64,000 bases of DNA from Trichoplax adhaerens (Eukaryota > Animalia > Placozoa), in assembly GCF_000150275.1 (NCBI RefSeq), contig NW_002060976.1, positions 253,626-317,625 of the forward strand, read 5' to 3'. The translations under genes were made by a program, and so were the position numbers. The notes beneath the pieces were generated by a model. The model was not told the DNA's origin. It made no database searches and saw only the letters and a list, made by a program, of their open reading frames with translations. Of the stretch, positions 11,501-25,654 are shown in pieces (the stretch's first letter is position 1; the number at the start of each line of letters is the position of its first letter).

Positions 11501-14500
11501 CAAAAGGAAAAGCAAACCTTTAATATTACTTTCAAAACAGATCAAATTATAGATGATTTCTGCCAAACTAAGTAATTATTATATGAAGAAATTGCTCAGC
11601 TCTATTGATTAAGCACTTACTTTGATTATGATGGAAACAATTTGCGATAAAGATTGTTGTGAAACATTAGTTAGCAAATGAAAATCATTGCTTTTAACTT
11701 CTTTAATAAGAGAATGTGTATTGACAAAGTGCAATACTTCTATGGTATTTGCTATCCATAAAACGAGATTGGATAAAGTTGGTAGTACCGCATTTAATTT
11801 TTCAGTGGCATCCTTTCCTCTAAATGTGCGAAGGAATCAGAAATTTTAATTATCTGGCATTTCACAACTCAGCTTCTATATTCTAATCGATAATCAGCTA
11901 TGAGCAATTTGAAGATTTTTGAGCCAGATAGTATGTTAGCGATATTACGATATTAAAAATTCGACTATAAAACTTTGATATTTGCACCAGGCAACTTTCC
12001 AATTTAAATTTGTTGATATTTTGAGATAATTAACTACTATCGATATGCAATAGTTTTGAAGATACTGTGTAATAACCTCACTGCGACTAGCATACATTAT
12101 TCTATCCAAGCCATTACATACTGATGCTTTAATAGTTTTATATTATTATTCAGATATTCGGGAATCAAACCTTGGGAGAAGCTGAGATTTAAGAGTAGTT
12201 ATGGCCTCCTGCAAAATAGAAGCGTGATAACATTTAATTTTCGTCATTTTGTTATGATATAGCAAAGCTATAGATTGATTAATGGCTAATAATGTCTGTA
12301 GATGGTGCCAATCATTTCATCAATATCAAACACTATTTAACGAAAGATATGAAAGTACGAAGTAGGAAAATATAGCCTTGTACAGTTATAAAATTACCTC
12401 ATTATTATTTTTTAGCATTTGATATATTTTGTCGGTAAACAGTATGGTGGATTCTTTGCCATGATTTTTAATGGAATATTCTAAGCTCATAGCAAGGACA
12501 TATGCTGGTGCTAACTTGAACGTTTGAGTCATTGCCGGATCAGCTAAAATATTGATAGAAGATAATAGCTGATTTTCCTGTTCTAGACCATATTCTAATT
12601 CCAGTCGGTTATCGTCCTTCGGTGATGAAGGTTCATTTTGGTTAATAAACGAAGGTATGTAGGCTTCGTTTTTCTCAAAAACGGAACCATCAAAATCTAA
12701 TTCGTCTTCAAAATTCGTTTGAGTTTGGATGCTAACCTTGGGTATGATCTATAACGCAAATTGCAACGGGAAAAAAGCTATTAGCATAATTAATTTGGAA
12801 ATTACTTCTAAGAAATTACTCTATATTAACCCTATTGGACAATACCTCTGAAGATGGATTAGACTGAGTTGGTGCGGGTGCTGGAATTGAATTTAGCCAA
12901 GAAATTTGCAATGCCGAATCTGAAACTTTTTTGGGATTTTTATAGATGAACAAATAGTAACGTCCGAAGCCAATTAAATCCCCTGGCGTAAGTTTTGTTT
13001 CAGCAACAATCTTGACGTTATTAACAGTTACTAGGGCGCCTTCGAATGGACTCAGCCAGACATCAGTTACAGCCTCACTAGAATCCGAGTCTTGATCATC
13101 TGAAATCTAAGTAATAAGCTGCAAGTTAGCTAAATGCATTCTACACTATCCTGATTGGGTCGATTTAAACTTAAGCTACCTCGTGCTGATCTTCATTAAC
13201 GGAACGATTGTAAATCCAGCAATGCTGTGGTAAGATATCAGGTGATCGAAGAAGAATTTCATTTTCGGTTGTACAATCGCCACTGTAACGAAAGCAAACT
13301 AGTATAACGCGTTGTAATATATTATAAATATATTCATCTTCTTTTAATTCAAAGCCACGTATCATGACAAAATGAGGACATTGGGAGGAGGATTTGGATA
13401 ATTTACGCGAAGGTGGTGTTGGGGTTTCATCATCCGATTTTATACGATCGGATTGAATCCCTTCATCCTGCAGTTGTTCATGTTGTGCATGGTCTTGTTG
13501 CTGTTGCGTCGATAATTGAGCAGGATAAACCATTTCCAATACATTTTCATGCGAAGAAAAACTCTTTACCAGCCTTTTCCGTAAATTTTCCAATCCTGTA
13601 GAGGATTCGAAATCAGCTAGGTATGCTAAAGCATCGGTTTTCCACAACAGCTCAAAACGCCGTTCATACTCTGGTGCTACTTGCCAAAATGTTTGCAATG
13701 CTAGTGGCTGCTCATAGTCATCAAGTACTCTAAGGTAAAGGGGCTGAGATTGATCAGATTTACTACCACTGTTGCCTTTACTAAATCGCCGACTTGTCTT
13801 ACGATCTTTAGCCGAATAGATTATTTCACATAAAGCGTAATACTTGCGATTAGTAATGTCTAATTTTAATCTTTCAATTGCTTCTTTAATCACTTTTTTA
13901 ACATTCACACGATTTGAAATCATCAAGGGTTCGGGTCGAATGCCATTTGTCACATTAATGTTAGCATATAAGCGAAAGATTGAAGGATAAAATAGTGAAT
14001 TATCACCTCCATATTCAGTTACTGGAGTCTTCTTGCAGTTAGAAGTAGCTTTGCTAGACATAGACATGGTTCTGCTGCTCTTAGAAAACAAGGCAGATAA
14101 AGATGATAGCCCTTTCTGCTTCCCTTTACTTTTCTTGCTGTTGAAACTGCCTTGATCCGTAAAGTAGCTTCCTTCTTCAGGCGATTTAAGAGTTGGTGAA
14201 TCTGTTCCGGCATCTTCGGTGCTTCGAGTTCTAATTTTAATCGAACCGATGGAAATTGGACGACTACTTGATCTTACTCGTGAAATACTAGTCTGTTTCA
14301 CAGCTGCGATAGCCTCTGCAGGCTTATTCGCATTAGGGTCGGACATACTTCTTAATCTCACTTCGCTATCTGGAAAGTATGAAACTTAAATTAAATGAAA
14401 TTCTAATAGTTAAATTTATATTTTACCGACTAATTAGATTGATAGCTGATAGTTGACTTGACGAAAGAATGATTCAATAAATAGTTGATCGTGTAAATAA

Positions 14501-17500
14501 ATTTATTTGGTGTAATGAAGATCTACCATCTTGCCCAATAGAGATACATTCGGCCAGATCTCAATTTCTCAATTTTATTTACACAGGTATAAAATATTGC
14601 GAGTATTTATAATTTCTGAGTATTGTGGTAGTGATAAAGTATATGCTATTATAAAATGCTATGCTGTATCTAGTCTAGATAAGTTATTATGGTACTTACA
14701 TTTAAAATTATCTATTGGTGAACTCTTCTGCTCGTCACTACTCGCTGTAGGCGTATAACCAGTCAATTGGAGTAGAAATTGAATCTCACTTTCAGCGCTA
14801 GTAGCTAAATCCAATGGATAGTCTTCAGACTGTAATGATGTTTTAGCTATAAAAGGAATGCAAAATGAAAGTATTAGCAACAGCTTCCTTGCTACTATTA
14901 ATACTAGTTAGCGAGTTGATCAACTGCTTTAAGGCGGAAATATTGTTATGATCAAATTTTTCGCTATTTTAATTGACCGCTGAGTTTAATTATATTGATT
15001 AAATATTTAATTTTCTGCAAATCTTTTCTTAATTATACCTCTTTTTTCGATATATTAGTATTCAAGTAACAGTTGACGTCAAAGTGTTATGATTTTAATT
15101 ACAAAAGAATTAATAAATTCGTCAACTCTTGTCTATAACAATTCGCAAATCACTGTAGATAATATGATTTAATTATAACAGTGGTTGACAAGCTTAATCT
15201 TAGTTGAAAAGAGCTAATACCATCAATAAGATGAATCGACTACAGATAAATGGACCTGGTTTAGTCGTTAAAACTTTGGATCATTTAAATAGTTTTGACA
15301 ATATTTCTACTCCTACACCGCGGTAAAAGTAAAAATTTATATAAACTCAGCATTGGCTGGAATCTGAATGGTTTGTGTTGATGTAAAGGACAATTTAGTA
15401 GTTTTACTGCTACGATACATAATTGATTGAAAAGATAATTTCGGGTATAAATTGGTCAAGATGATCAACAATAAGCAATAAAAGGACGACGTGATGCAAT
15501 TTTCATGCTCAAATAAACTATATTAAATATGACCTTGATGATACAAAATTATTCCAAAGTTTTTTGTTAGCACTAATCAAGTGGAGATGAAATGCCCAAG
15601 TATAATGTGTGTAAAAATCTTTTTTGAGAAAAGAATTAAAAATCTGCAGTGAAAACAAATTAACTAAATCAGAATTCACAAAAGGAAAACATTTTGTATT
15701 GACTAGTGGTTAATCTACCTTATGTTGTAATTTAGTACTGCTTGTTGTAACTTTTACATAGCTGAGAGCATATCTATTTGGATAGCAGCTAATAAAGTAC
15801 TTTAAAGAAATTATCAGTGCGTTTTTTTCGTCCCAGGTTCTTAACCAGAGTACCTCAACGTGTAGCTAACTGAAATACTAGTGCGAAATTACAACATTTT
15901 ACTCTTTAAAAAATCAAATTATACGGTACAAAAAATTCTCGAATTTTCTTAATTTTGAGCTCCTTGTATTTTATATCAATGCCTTGAAATCTTAATTGTA
16001 ACAGAATTCGTATATTGAGATGGAATAACCTTTTATAAGACATAACCTAGGGAACATGATACAAATAATAAGCCAAATTTTCAATATCTATCGAGTATGA
16101 GGTGAATATAGTAACGACTGCATTTGCAATCTTTACTTTTTCTAACGAGTGATTTGAGATAAAAGATACCTAACATTTAATATTAAAATCTAAAGAAGAG
16201 CTTTATGCTACGGAAAACATTAGATAAATTCGAAAATCAGAAAGTCAAGAGTTAAGATTCATACGACATTGGCAATTTTCATCTGATTCCGATGAAGACG
16301 CTAGATTAATTAGTAAAGACTATAACGCTACAGAAAGAAGGGATTTAGAAGGACTGCTCTGACCTAAATCCATATTATAATACGATAATTAGCCATAACG
16401 ATTACCTTTGGATAGACGATAAATATGCATCTTTGTGAGCAAATATCCGTTAAATAGCTTGAAATTGTTCTAAATGCTACAGAAACTGATTCCTATAAGA
16501 AAATATTGTCTTGGTAACATAATCTGCATTATGATGACGACCTTAGTCAGCAAATCTACCAAAGGTGTTCTACAAGTGATGTTTAGATGAATATTTAACG
16601 GGCTGCTAAGAAATATCTGCTTGAGTTTTGTCGGTATGATGTATCATAAAATAAAAAGTGGAATATTAATATATTTTGAAGTATGATACTGTTATCGTCA
16701 ATCCTGAGAATCGATCAATAACGGTACTACATAGTTAATGTTTACTGCTAATCATTAATGTCATTGCAGTCTGATCAGCATTGCTGTGCCATAAATTAAG
16801 CCAAAATTTGTCAAATAAAATAAAAAAATTAAAGCAAAAATATCAGAGTGTACTGTCTTAAAAGAGAATATGAAGTAAATCAACATTATGATGGTTTAAT
16901 ACTGATTAACCTCAGCTCTAATGGAGATAACACTTAGGGCAACCTTATTAACCCTATCTCTGTAACTAACAGTTGCGTTAGTAGTATATCAAGCTAGAAA
17001 TTGTTAAATAAAGAAATGTTAAAGCAAACATTTCAGAGATCTACTTTCATAAAAGAATGCTAGCTAAATGGATACCATGGTGGTTTAATATTGATCCCTT
17101 TCGGCTCTAATGGTTATAACAAGTAGGGGTAATCTTATTATTCTACTCATATATTTTACCCATAATTCGCTATCATCGAATAATTAATAGTGAAATTTTT
17201 AAAAGTTATTGCTATGCGATGATTATACGTACATACTTTCTACCGAACAAAAAATAAAATGTCTTTGCGATATAAAGCATCGCTAGCATCTTCTAGTCTT
17301 CTTAGACCAGAAATAAAGTGAAGTGATTATATATCTATTATCATTGAACCAATAAATTAAGATATTTTAATAAACCATTTCCATTTACCTTGAAGAAGAA
17401 TTAACAAGTAGATATTATTACCGCTCCCGAGCTATAATTATATCTATGTAAACCTCATTCCAAATGTATTATGATGTATCTTGTAAACGTTCTAGCTTTT

Positions 17501-20500
17501 CGATGTTTTCACATAGAATAGTTCACAAGGGGAAGAAAATGCTAAGCAGTAAATGATAGTGTAACTCAATAGATCTTAAACTAATGGTAAAAATGATATG
17601 GTGAGACTTATATTCAATCCATAGTAGATCGATATGTTTCAGCTGTTCTAAAGACTAACAATAAATTTTGTTTTTCTTCAGTCATACATAAATGATATTA
17701 ATATGATTATATTACGGTATTCAGCGATGATCTGTTCTATCATTATGTGCAGAGCTTTGTGTAATCATGACCTCCATTGTCACTTTTATTTAATTTGTAA
17801 TTACAATTTGAATGGGTTTTAATTTCTAAATAGTTTAGAAAGAAAACATCTGGTCTGAATTAGTAATAGACGATAACCTTCGTTTGTCTCGTTTAACAAG
17901 TATTGTTCACTACTTGACAATTATTCTCTAACAATATGATCCTTAGCATTCTAAATTTTAAATAAATTATGGCACCTTTAGATTACGTTTACGGTAAATT
18001 GCGCTATTAAATAAATATAAAATTTTAAGGCGGGTATCCGTTATTTTTATTTTATTGACAGTTTGATAACGATAATTATTGCCGGATTTACTTGATAGAG
18101 TTAATTGTAACTTCATTATTTTGTAACCACCAAAAAACGTAAATAATAGTTTGTTTTTGGTAGATATCAAGATAGCAATAATCTCGTACGTATAAGAGAC
18201 TATGAATTAAGTATCGTTAATCTCGAAGGATTTCTATAATTTGAATTATGAGATACCCATTGAGTTAGATGTAATATTTAGCCTATCTATATTTAGGAAT
18301 TTAGTTGATGCAAGTCACTTGCGATAGATGCATATAATTAAGACTATACGATCTTTCTTTCATTCGATAAAGGCTATTACCCGTTTTAAGGGCATCCATT
18401 ATTTTTATTTTATTGACTAGTCGATAATGATACCAATAGTCGGATTAACTTGATGGAGTTAATCGCAACTTCATTATTTTTTAACCGCCATAAAACGTAA
18501 ATAACTATAATCATTTGTTATTAGTTGATGCTGATATTAATACAGCAAATAAACTCATACGGATAAGACACTCTGAATTAAGTATCGTTAACTTCGAAGG
18601 ATTTCTATAGTTTGGATTATGAGATACTCATTGAGTTAGATATTATATTTAGCCTATCTATATTTAGGACTTTAGTTAATGCAAGTCACTTGCATTAGAT
18701 GCATATAATTTAGACTGTGTGATCTTTCATTCAATAAGGGCTATTACCCATTTTAGGCTTCCATAACTCAAAAATATGTACATAACTTCTTAATAAAATA
18801 CCGATATCATTCGATAACAATTTGGACATCCTTTCGCAGTGCAATTTATTATTCTTTAAAATAACAACGTTTATAATTGTGGAAAATAGTATATTCGATT
18901 AATTTCATAATATTCGTAAATACTGAGTATAGTCCAGTTCCTAAGTAATCAGCCCTAATAATTATTACGAAAATCGCTGTTACAGTTTAATATGGCGGTT
19001 TTACTTTAACTACGTAATATAAATGATAAAAATGATTAAAATTATAACAGTAGCATATTTCTAATTCTTGATCATTATTTACCTCGGAAGGCTTATTTTG
19101 TAGTGTAGTACGAGTATATTTGCGCATAAGAAAAAGAAATTGCAAATGTTAAGAGGAATAGGTGATAACGAATACCAGCGTACAATAAAACATTAATCAT
19201 ATACCGTAATTAATGAACGTAGTCGCGTTTTATAACTTGGAAAGAGGATATTTTAGCGCTTGGTTCTCTTTATTCAATACCTTTTATTGATTTAGCAATC
19301 TAATGAACCGCTGAAAAGTTTATTATAGTAGAAACAGAAAAACGTTATATAGTAATAATATAATTCCATTATATCTTGCTCTTCATAGTAACAAGTTAAA
19401 GTTATTTTGATTTACGCAATAGTTATTGAACATTCTATTTGGAACAATGAAATGTATTTTACTGCTGAGTTAGAAATATTATAGTTCACTTCGCGGTGGC
19501 CGTAATAGCATAATCGAGTAGATATATGTGTCCATATTAGTATATCTATCGATAAAGGCCGTATATTCTATGAAATACGAGGATCAAATAAGTATCCGTG
19601 TGCAAAATATGAATACAGACTGCAGATTTATATTGAAGATTATATTTCTAGAAGACTCCATTGCTTCCATCCATGATGCGAATTAATCACTAAGTTCTGC
19701 TGATTTAATCGAAATTTTCAACGGAACAGAAACAACCATCATGATATACAGTTAAAATAAGATGCAAAAGGTTACATTTATACGGGGTTATCATGAAATT
19801 ATAGAATCATCATGAGTTCTGATGATGCTAAATTGAATATGGCGGTATAGAAGTATTCAAAATAAAATTGTTGTATTTATTTTAGAATTTTGCTAAATTT
19901 GTTTTGTGTTGTAATTAGTATATTTATGAAAAGTGATATTGTAATCAATATTTGATGGGACTTTGCAAGCTAACCCATTTCGGAGGATTCACCTTATCTT
20001 TTAAACACTTTGTCTCAAATTCTTTAGCCAGCGAATATACTGTAAAAACTTGTTTTAAGGTTACTTGTACGCCCCCTCCCTTTGAGTGACTTAAGGAATG
20101 TCAACAATTCTCATAAACCGTTACAAGAGGGTCATGACAAAATTAACAATTTATACGTATTAGCTTGAGCTGAATTATTTAACACGAAATGCTGTCTTAT
20201 GGCCGCAATACCATCAGTCGAATTACTGTTGCATAGTAACGGAGTTTGCAAACAGATTATTACCACGATAAAATATAGCAAAATATAAAAGTAAGCCACT
20301 ATTACAAAGGTGATTATCAGCACAACTGGTATGGCATTCTGCAGAATAAGTAACTAAATTGAAACGGCTATAAATTTTCTCAAGTGGGTCAAAGTCCCCT
20401 TGATCCTCAAACGTACTTGTTAAAATCATCCAGGTTCGCTAAGTTGTTATTTAGGCTATGATTAAATAATAACAGCAGGCTAGCAAAGTTCCTATCTAAT

Positions 20501-23500
20501 ATCATCAAAAGAATGCATTCAAAACAAAGTATTGCCTAGTTTCAGACAAATTGGTTAAATAGCATGAGTAAATGCGAAATGTGATCACCGTTTACGCCCT
20601 TTCGTTATATTTTACAAACAATAAATAACAAATAACGTAAAATCTTAATCAAATATTAATCGAACGTTCCTTTTACGGTGAATTAACTGGTTATAATTTA
20701 AACGTTTAGATAGATTAATGTGAAGCGTGGGCTAAATGTATTTGATCTAGTCATCTTTGTATTTTTAATAGTCGCTTGGCGTGATCAGCATTATGACTGC
20801 TAAATTAAATTTACGCATTACTTTCAAGGTAAATAAGATAAAGCGACCAGTTAAATCGGTAAAGATATAATTTAAGATAGTGATTCTATTTATACGATGC
20901 TTTCTAGCCTTTAGATCATAAAATATATACCATAGCGTCAAATTTGCGAGCAGAGGACATCTGTTATTTGCATGACTACGCTAATTTTAAAAAAATGCTT
21001 GCTTAAAGCTAGATGAGCTGTCAAGGTAAATTCACGTGCTAATATAAAGTCCATGGATTACATCATCCATGGGATGATTGTCTAATATTTATGATGGGCT
21101 AATCTCTAATGAATGCTTAGATACTGTATAATAGCAAAACAGATATAAAATATTAAGTAATAGGATTCTAAACTAAGCACATAGAAATATTAAGTTTACA
21201 CCGTAAATTAATCAAGCTGATAGCACATTCTAAGCTTACGATTAAATTTGATCTTCAGAAGCGGGATAAATTGTTATTTGATGTGTTAATGCTAACTTAC
21301 CTTAAATTACACTATAAGTGATAGAGTGGAAATTCCTATAGTTATTGGAGAAATTAGCTTATGAACCGGCTATATTCATATCATATTCAATTTGAGTAGG
21401 ATGAAATTATAGGATTGAAGTTACTATGAAAGGGTATGCGGTAGATTAATTATAACGCTTGTCAAATATTGACGTTATATTTTAGTTGAATAAAAGAAAT
21501 ATGCACAATAGAGGAAATTACGATTTTTTGGTTTTTGCTTACTACATTATTCTACTCAAGACACGTTGGTATGCAATTTCCAATGTTCTAATTTGCCAGA
21601 CCATTGTATAAGAATTAAGTAAGCGATGATAGTCCTAGAACGCTGGTTATATTAATATTTTCAGGATTGCGTTTCATTATTGTTAAATTATTTGACGAGC
21701 TAACCGATGTGATCGTGGTATTATATGTTAAAAGGGAACCTTAAAATACGCTGATACCAGTATTTACAATTTTCAATCCAGATAACAGTTTTTAAAGGCG
21801 AAATACTGGATACAAAAATTACTGTTTAAAAGCATTACCAAGTAATATTAGGTGCAAAAGATTAGTACATTGATTACCCATCAGTTTTTGCCGACATCTT
21901 ACTAGACAATGAGCTAGACGATGCTGCTAACTGCAAAATACTACTAAAAAGCTAACCTAATAACTCAAGAATTTCTAGGAGTCTTTAAATTCGTCTTATA
22001 TAAAATAAAAAAAAATGAGGTAGAATATCATTTTAAACTTTAGAATTCCCCATAAAAACGATGGATACATTATTTGAGCCTTAATCGAGGTCTGTAATTT
22101 TATAGCAATATTGACCATATTTGATGGAATAAATTATCTAGTCCAGAAACAAAGTAATTCTTCTATTGAATTGTGGAATAAATAATTAATTTAAAATTCT
22201 TCATCAATTCATTTTAAATCAATTATAAATGATGGCCAAAATGACAAATGTTTAAGAAATGACGAGAAACAACAACATTGTATTTAGATCGATCTCAAGA
22301 ATTGAAGTTTTTGGCCTCGTTGAAAAACAGATTGAAGAATATATTCGAGCAGCTAGACAATTGAGCATAACTAACACGCATAGATAGAATTTTTGTCTTC
22401 GTGTATAAAAAGAAAAACTATTTGGATTTCTATGATGACGGTATGATAAGAAGATTAATAACTTGTTGCATCGAGACTGATTAAGCAGAGCAAATTCGAT
22501 AGAATAGATAATAATCTTCATAATGGGATAGATTGAATGTTTGACTGGTTACATATGTGGATGACGTAATCTGAGATTAGTTAGTTATAAACCTTGATGT
22601 GATTCCGTTCCGTTATGAAATGCAACAACAAATATTCCATACAATTTATAATATTTACAATGATATAATCCCGATTTCAATGCAACAATTTCTATAATTA
22701 AAGCCATAGTTGATACAGTAACTGTTTATCCCTCAAACAGAGCTTAGAAAGAAACCCTGCTTCAATAGCTGTTGTTAAGGACTAATTCGATAACATAAGC
22801 ACCCAATTAATTCACTAAATACATAAAACAGCAATTGATAGTTTTGATTAAAAGCACTGTCTATGTCGTATTATGATTCTGATTCAATTACGTATTATTA
22901 GTTCACGATTCAGTTTAGAAGGGAAGACAATATAACAAATAGACCACCTTAGTTGTTACAGCCTTCGTCAAAAAATTATGTGGAGCCTTTATGCAGTTAA
23001 TTTAGTTTATGGCCGATATTGTATTATATAAATGGGTAAGATAATACGTGTACTTTTTTACCAGGAAGATTAAAAGTAACTTACTTTCACCGCAAATCAA
23101 AAATAATTCTGCTTTTGGACTACTTGCTTGTGGATTAATTTTCATGCCGACTTTATTTAGCATATTCGGAATAACTGTATTCACGGTCATGGTGCTGTGA
23201 ATTTTAATCTTGTACGATTCACGCTCTGTCGATAAATTGGACGAATCCATTAGTTGTACATTGAATGGCACAACACCTTCATATTCTAGATCCTTATTAA
23301 AATAAAAGAATATAGAGAATAACCTTGTGTGCAATCAGTATATACAATGCTTCTTTGTTGTTCAATTCTAATACAATCTAATTTGATAGAAGCTTATATA
23401 GATGAGTAAATGACTGTAGATTATAACGAATAATATTGAATGATAATGGTAGGAGAAATATTTAACTCAAAAATGTACGATTTCCTTTAAAAGTACATGA

Positions 23501-25654
23501 ACTTTAAATGACAATTTTCAAGTTTCAAAGATATAACTATCAAGAGACTATTAGCGAACCATTCATTAATGTTGCCCTCAAATATGAGTGTAAATAAAAA
23601 TTATTGGAAATTTTATCTCTAATTTTAAATATCATTTTAATAGTGAGATGGGGTCAAATATTTGCTTCCAAAAGATTAAGCAATCAATTTATTTAAAAAA
23701 GGAAATGTTCACCAATCGAAATATCATTAATAATTTCCCAAGAGTCAAGGAATAACATCAAAATGTTGAGATTTATATTGGTAATAAACATATGCGTTTC
23801 TAGAAATGCGTATCCGTATAACTATAAATTCCGATATACCGTAGCTAACTTTACTATCGTACTAAATTTATGAAAGATATTTTGATCGACTTTGTTGCCT
23901 ACTCACTGTTGATGGCAAATAATACTATTTTGCAAGGATTTTAAAGCTTAATTTTGCCTCGAGCAATGCCTAGTGTAAGGTTCTTAGTTTGATATTTATG
24001 AGTACTGTATGTACGCGTATAAGATGATTAGTTGGGTGTACTTAAATTAAATTTTTCTGTATCCCTGATGATTTTAGTTTGAGAATAGGTGTCTGCAATA
24101 CGATTTAATTATTTTAATCACAGTTTAGTTCACAGTAGTGTATTAAAAATCGATGGTAAATAAATAAACTTTTTGATCATTTCGTTATTGGATTCCAACG
24201 TAGGCAATATAATGATTATGTCGGCTATAACTGAAACAGTTCTTAGATATACAAGATGGATTCGGAAAATAACTTCTCAATTAATCTATTTAGTAAAGCA
24301 ATAAATAATAATATTACATTTTTAATTTTATTGAAAGGCGCTTGAAATGCAGTAAAAATAAAACTTGTAGACGTATTTGTTAATTGTGTCTGCTATTGGA
24401 TTGATTGGATTATACGAAGAGATAAATAGGAATTAGAAGGGTTTAATGATCATATCAATGAAATTTAAAGAAAAATTATCATAAATAGATATTCAACGGC
24501 AGCAATTACTTAAAGTAATTTTAGGGATTGATTTTTTATTATTCAAAAACACGTTTCAATATAATTCTGATTTGAATTGTATGATTGTGATACTGTTTAC
24601 CGGTTTATAGTACTGATTTCTAAATACGTCACAGTACATTAAACAAATAATGCTAATCCCCGTATTTCTTTCAGATATAAGTCTATCAACGACCGAAATA
24701 GAATGAAAGCTAAATTAGGTAGCAATGACTGAAACTAAATCATACAAGGAAATATTGCTAGACTGTGTTAGAGAATCATTATGTGTCGTATTACAAATAA
24801 TTTCATCTTGAACTGTTGCATCGGCTAATTTCTATTGGTTTTATGGAAGCGAGAGAGTGTGTAAAGAAGGCTGTACTGTGGCACGATGAAGAGAATTTTA
24901 CAAGATCCCACAGAGCCTTAGATCGATGCATTTGAATAAATGAGCATATTTTAGTGAAATGACAAACATTATTTGGGAATAAAAGAACTAAGTAAAAAAA
25001 TATTACAAGGCTACTATATCTTGATTCTGTACTACGATATTACAAAATTATAATAAAGGCATCTGTTAAACCATCAGACAGTTGTTTTTATTTCGTAGCA
25101 TGATGACATGTTATATCTTATAAAGAAACAGATTAAGGCATTAATATTGGTAACTATTAGGTACGATTATTATTATAACGCTTCGCTTTTAATGCAGATA
25201 TAGCCATATTATGCTGAAAAGGTGACGTTAAGTAAAGTTAGAGAAACCGATACTGCTTAATCTACCATGAGTAAATCTCCTCATTAAAATGGGTGAATTA
25301 TAATTGGAAATCAATTTTGAAGATACGATTAAATATAAGAAAGAAAGAATTACCAGTACGCGGTATGTTGTGAGTATTATATTGCTGTTATAAACTAACC
25401 TTAAATAAGCATATTTGAAATTCATTCTGTTGATTGTAACGATTTATTTTCTCTTCAATTTCAGCTCTAATAATACTTTCAATTGGTGTTGCATTATCTT
25501 CTGGTCTAACAACTTCTTCTTCTTCTATTGCTGCTGCTGAGACTTTTGCTAAATGGCTAATGATATCGGGATCAAATAATATAGATACACGAGGCGATAC
25601 TGATGGTTTGTCATGTTCGACAGAAAGAGAATCTTGCGATGCGAACGAACTCAT
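8541..25654 (-). CDS. RADIL: RADIL-like Ras-associating and dilute domain protein (RA, RA, FHA, DIL, PDZ)
   Basis: Approximate exons: 25400-25654, 23085-23292, 14700-14846, 13180-14369, 12846-13106, 12398-12748, 12171-12208, 11621-11819, 11093-11497, 10763-10913, 10539-10673, 10343-10427, 9914-10064, ~9650-9781, 9242-~9545, 9071-9136, 8807-8880, 8541-8628. RA2: VIKEAIERL..YALCE..LRVLDDYEQPLALQTFW..RRFEL. FHA: SPDILPQHCWI, LTPGDLIGFGRYYLFIYKNP. DIL: FKLAPAYVL, LWIANTIEVLHFV, SWEKLSSTYNKLTAPQLH. PDZ: GDLGLGLVDG, GNRISSGDKIIAVNG. These motifs fit RADIL better than afadin. The splice phase around 9545-9650 is not resolved. Confidence 0.85.
18023..18755. repeat. Two-copy tandem duplication (~365-bp unit) inside the large RADIL-like intron
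   Basis: Units ~18023-18384 and ~18385-18755 share blocks such as gaattaagtatcgttaa, ttgagttagat, tttagcctatctatatttagga, tgcaagtcacttgc and ggctattaccc. Confidence 0.9.

Noticed and set aside
17870-17955. Exon-like AKDHIVRE*LSSSEQYLL as the missing end of RA1
   Set aside because: It has an in-frame stop and an incompatible phase. Exon 14700-14846 already completes RA1 in phase.
20223-20345. Ly6/uPAR three-finger protein suggested by CADNHLCN plus a hydrophobic tail
   Set aside because: It lacks the CC of CCxxxxCN, and no upstream cysteine-rich exons or signal peptide were found.
8541-25654. Calling the gene afadin/canoe
   Set aside because: The RA2, FHA, DIL and PDZ motifs match RADIL better, and the protein ends right after the PDZ without afadin's long proline-rich/F-actin-binding tail.
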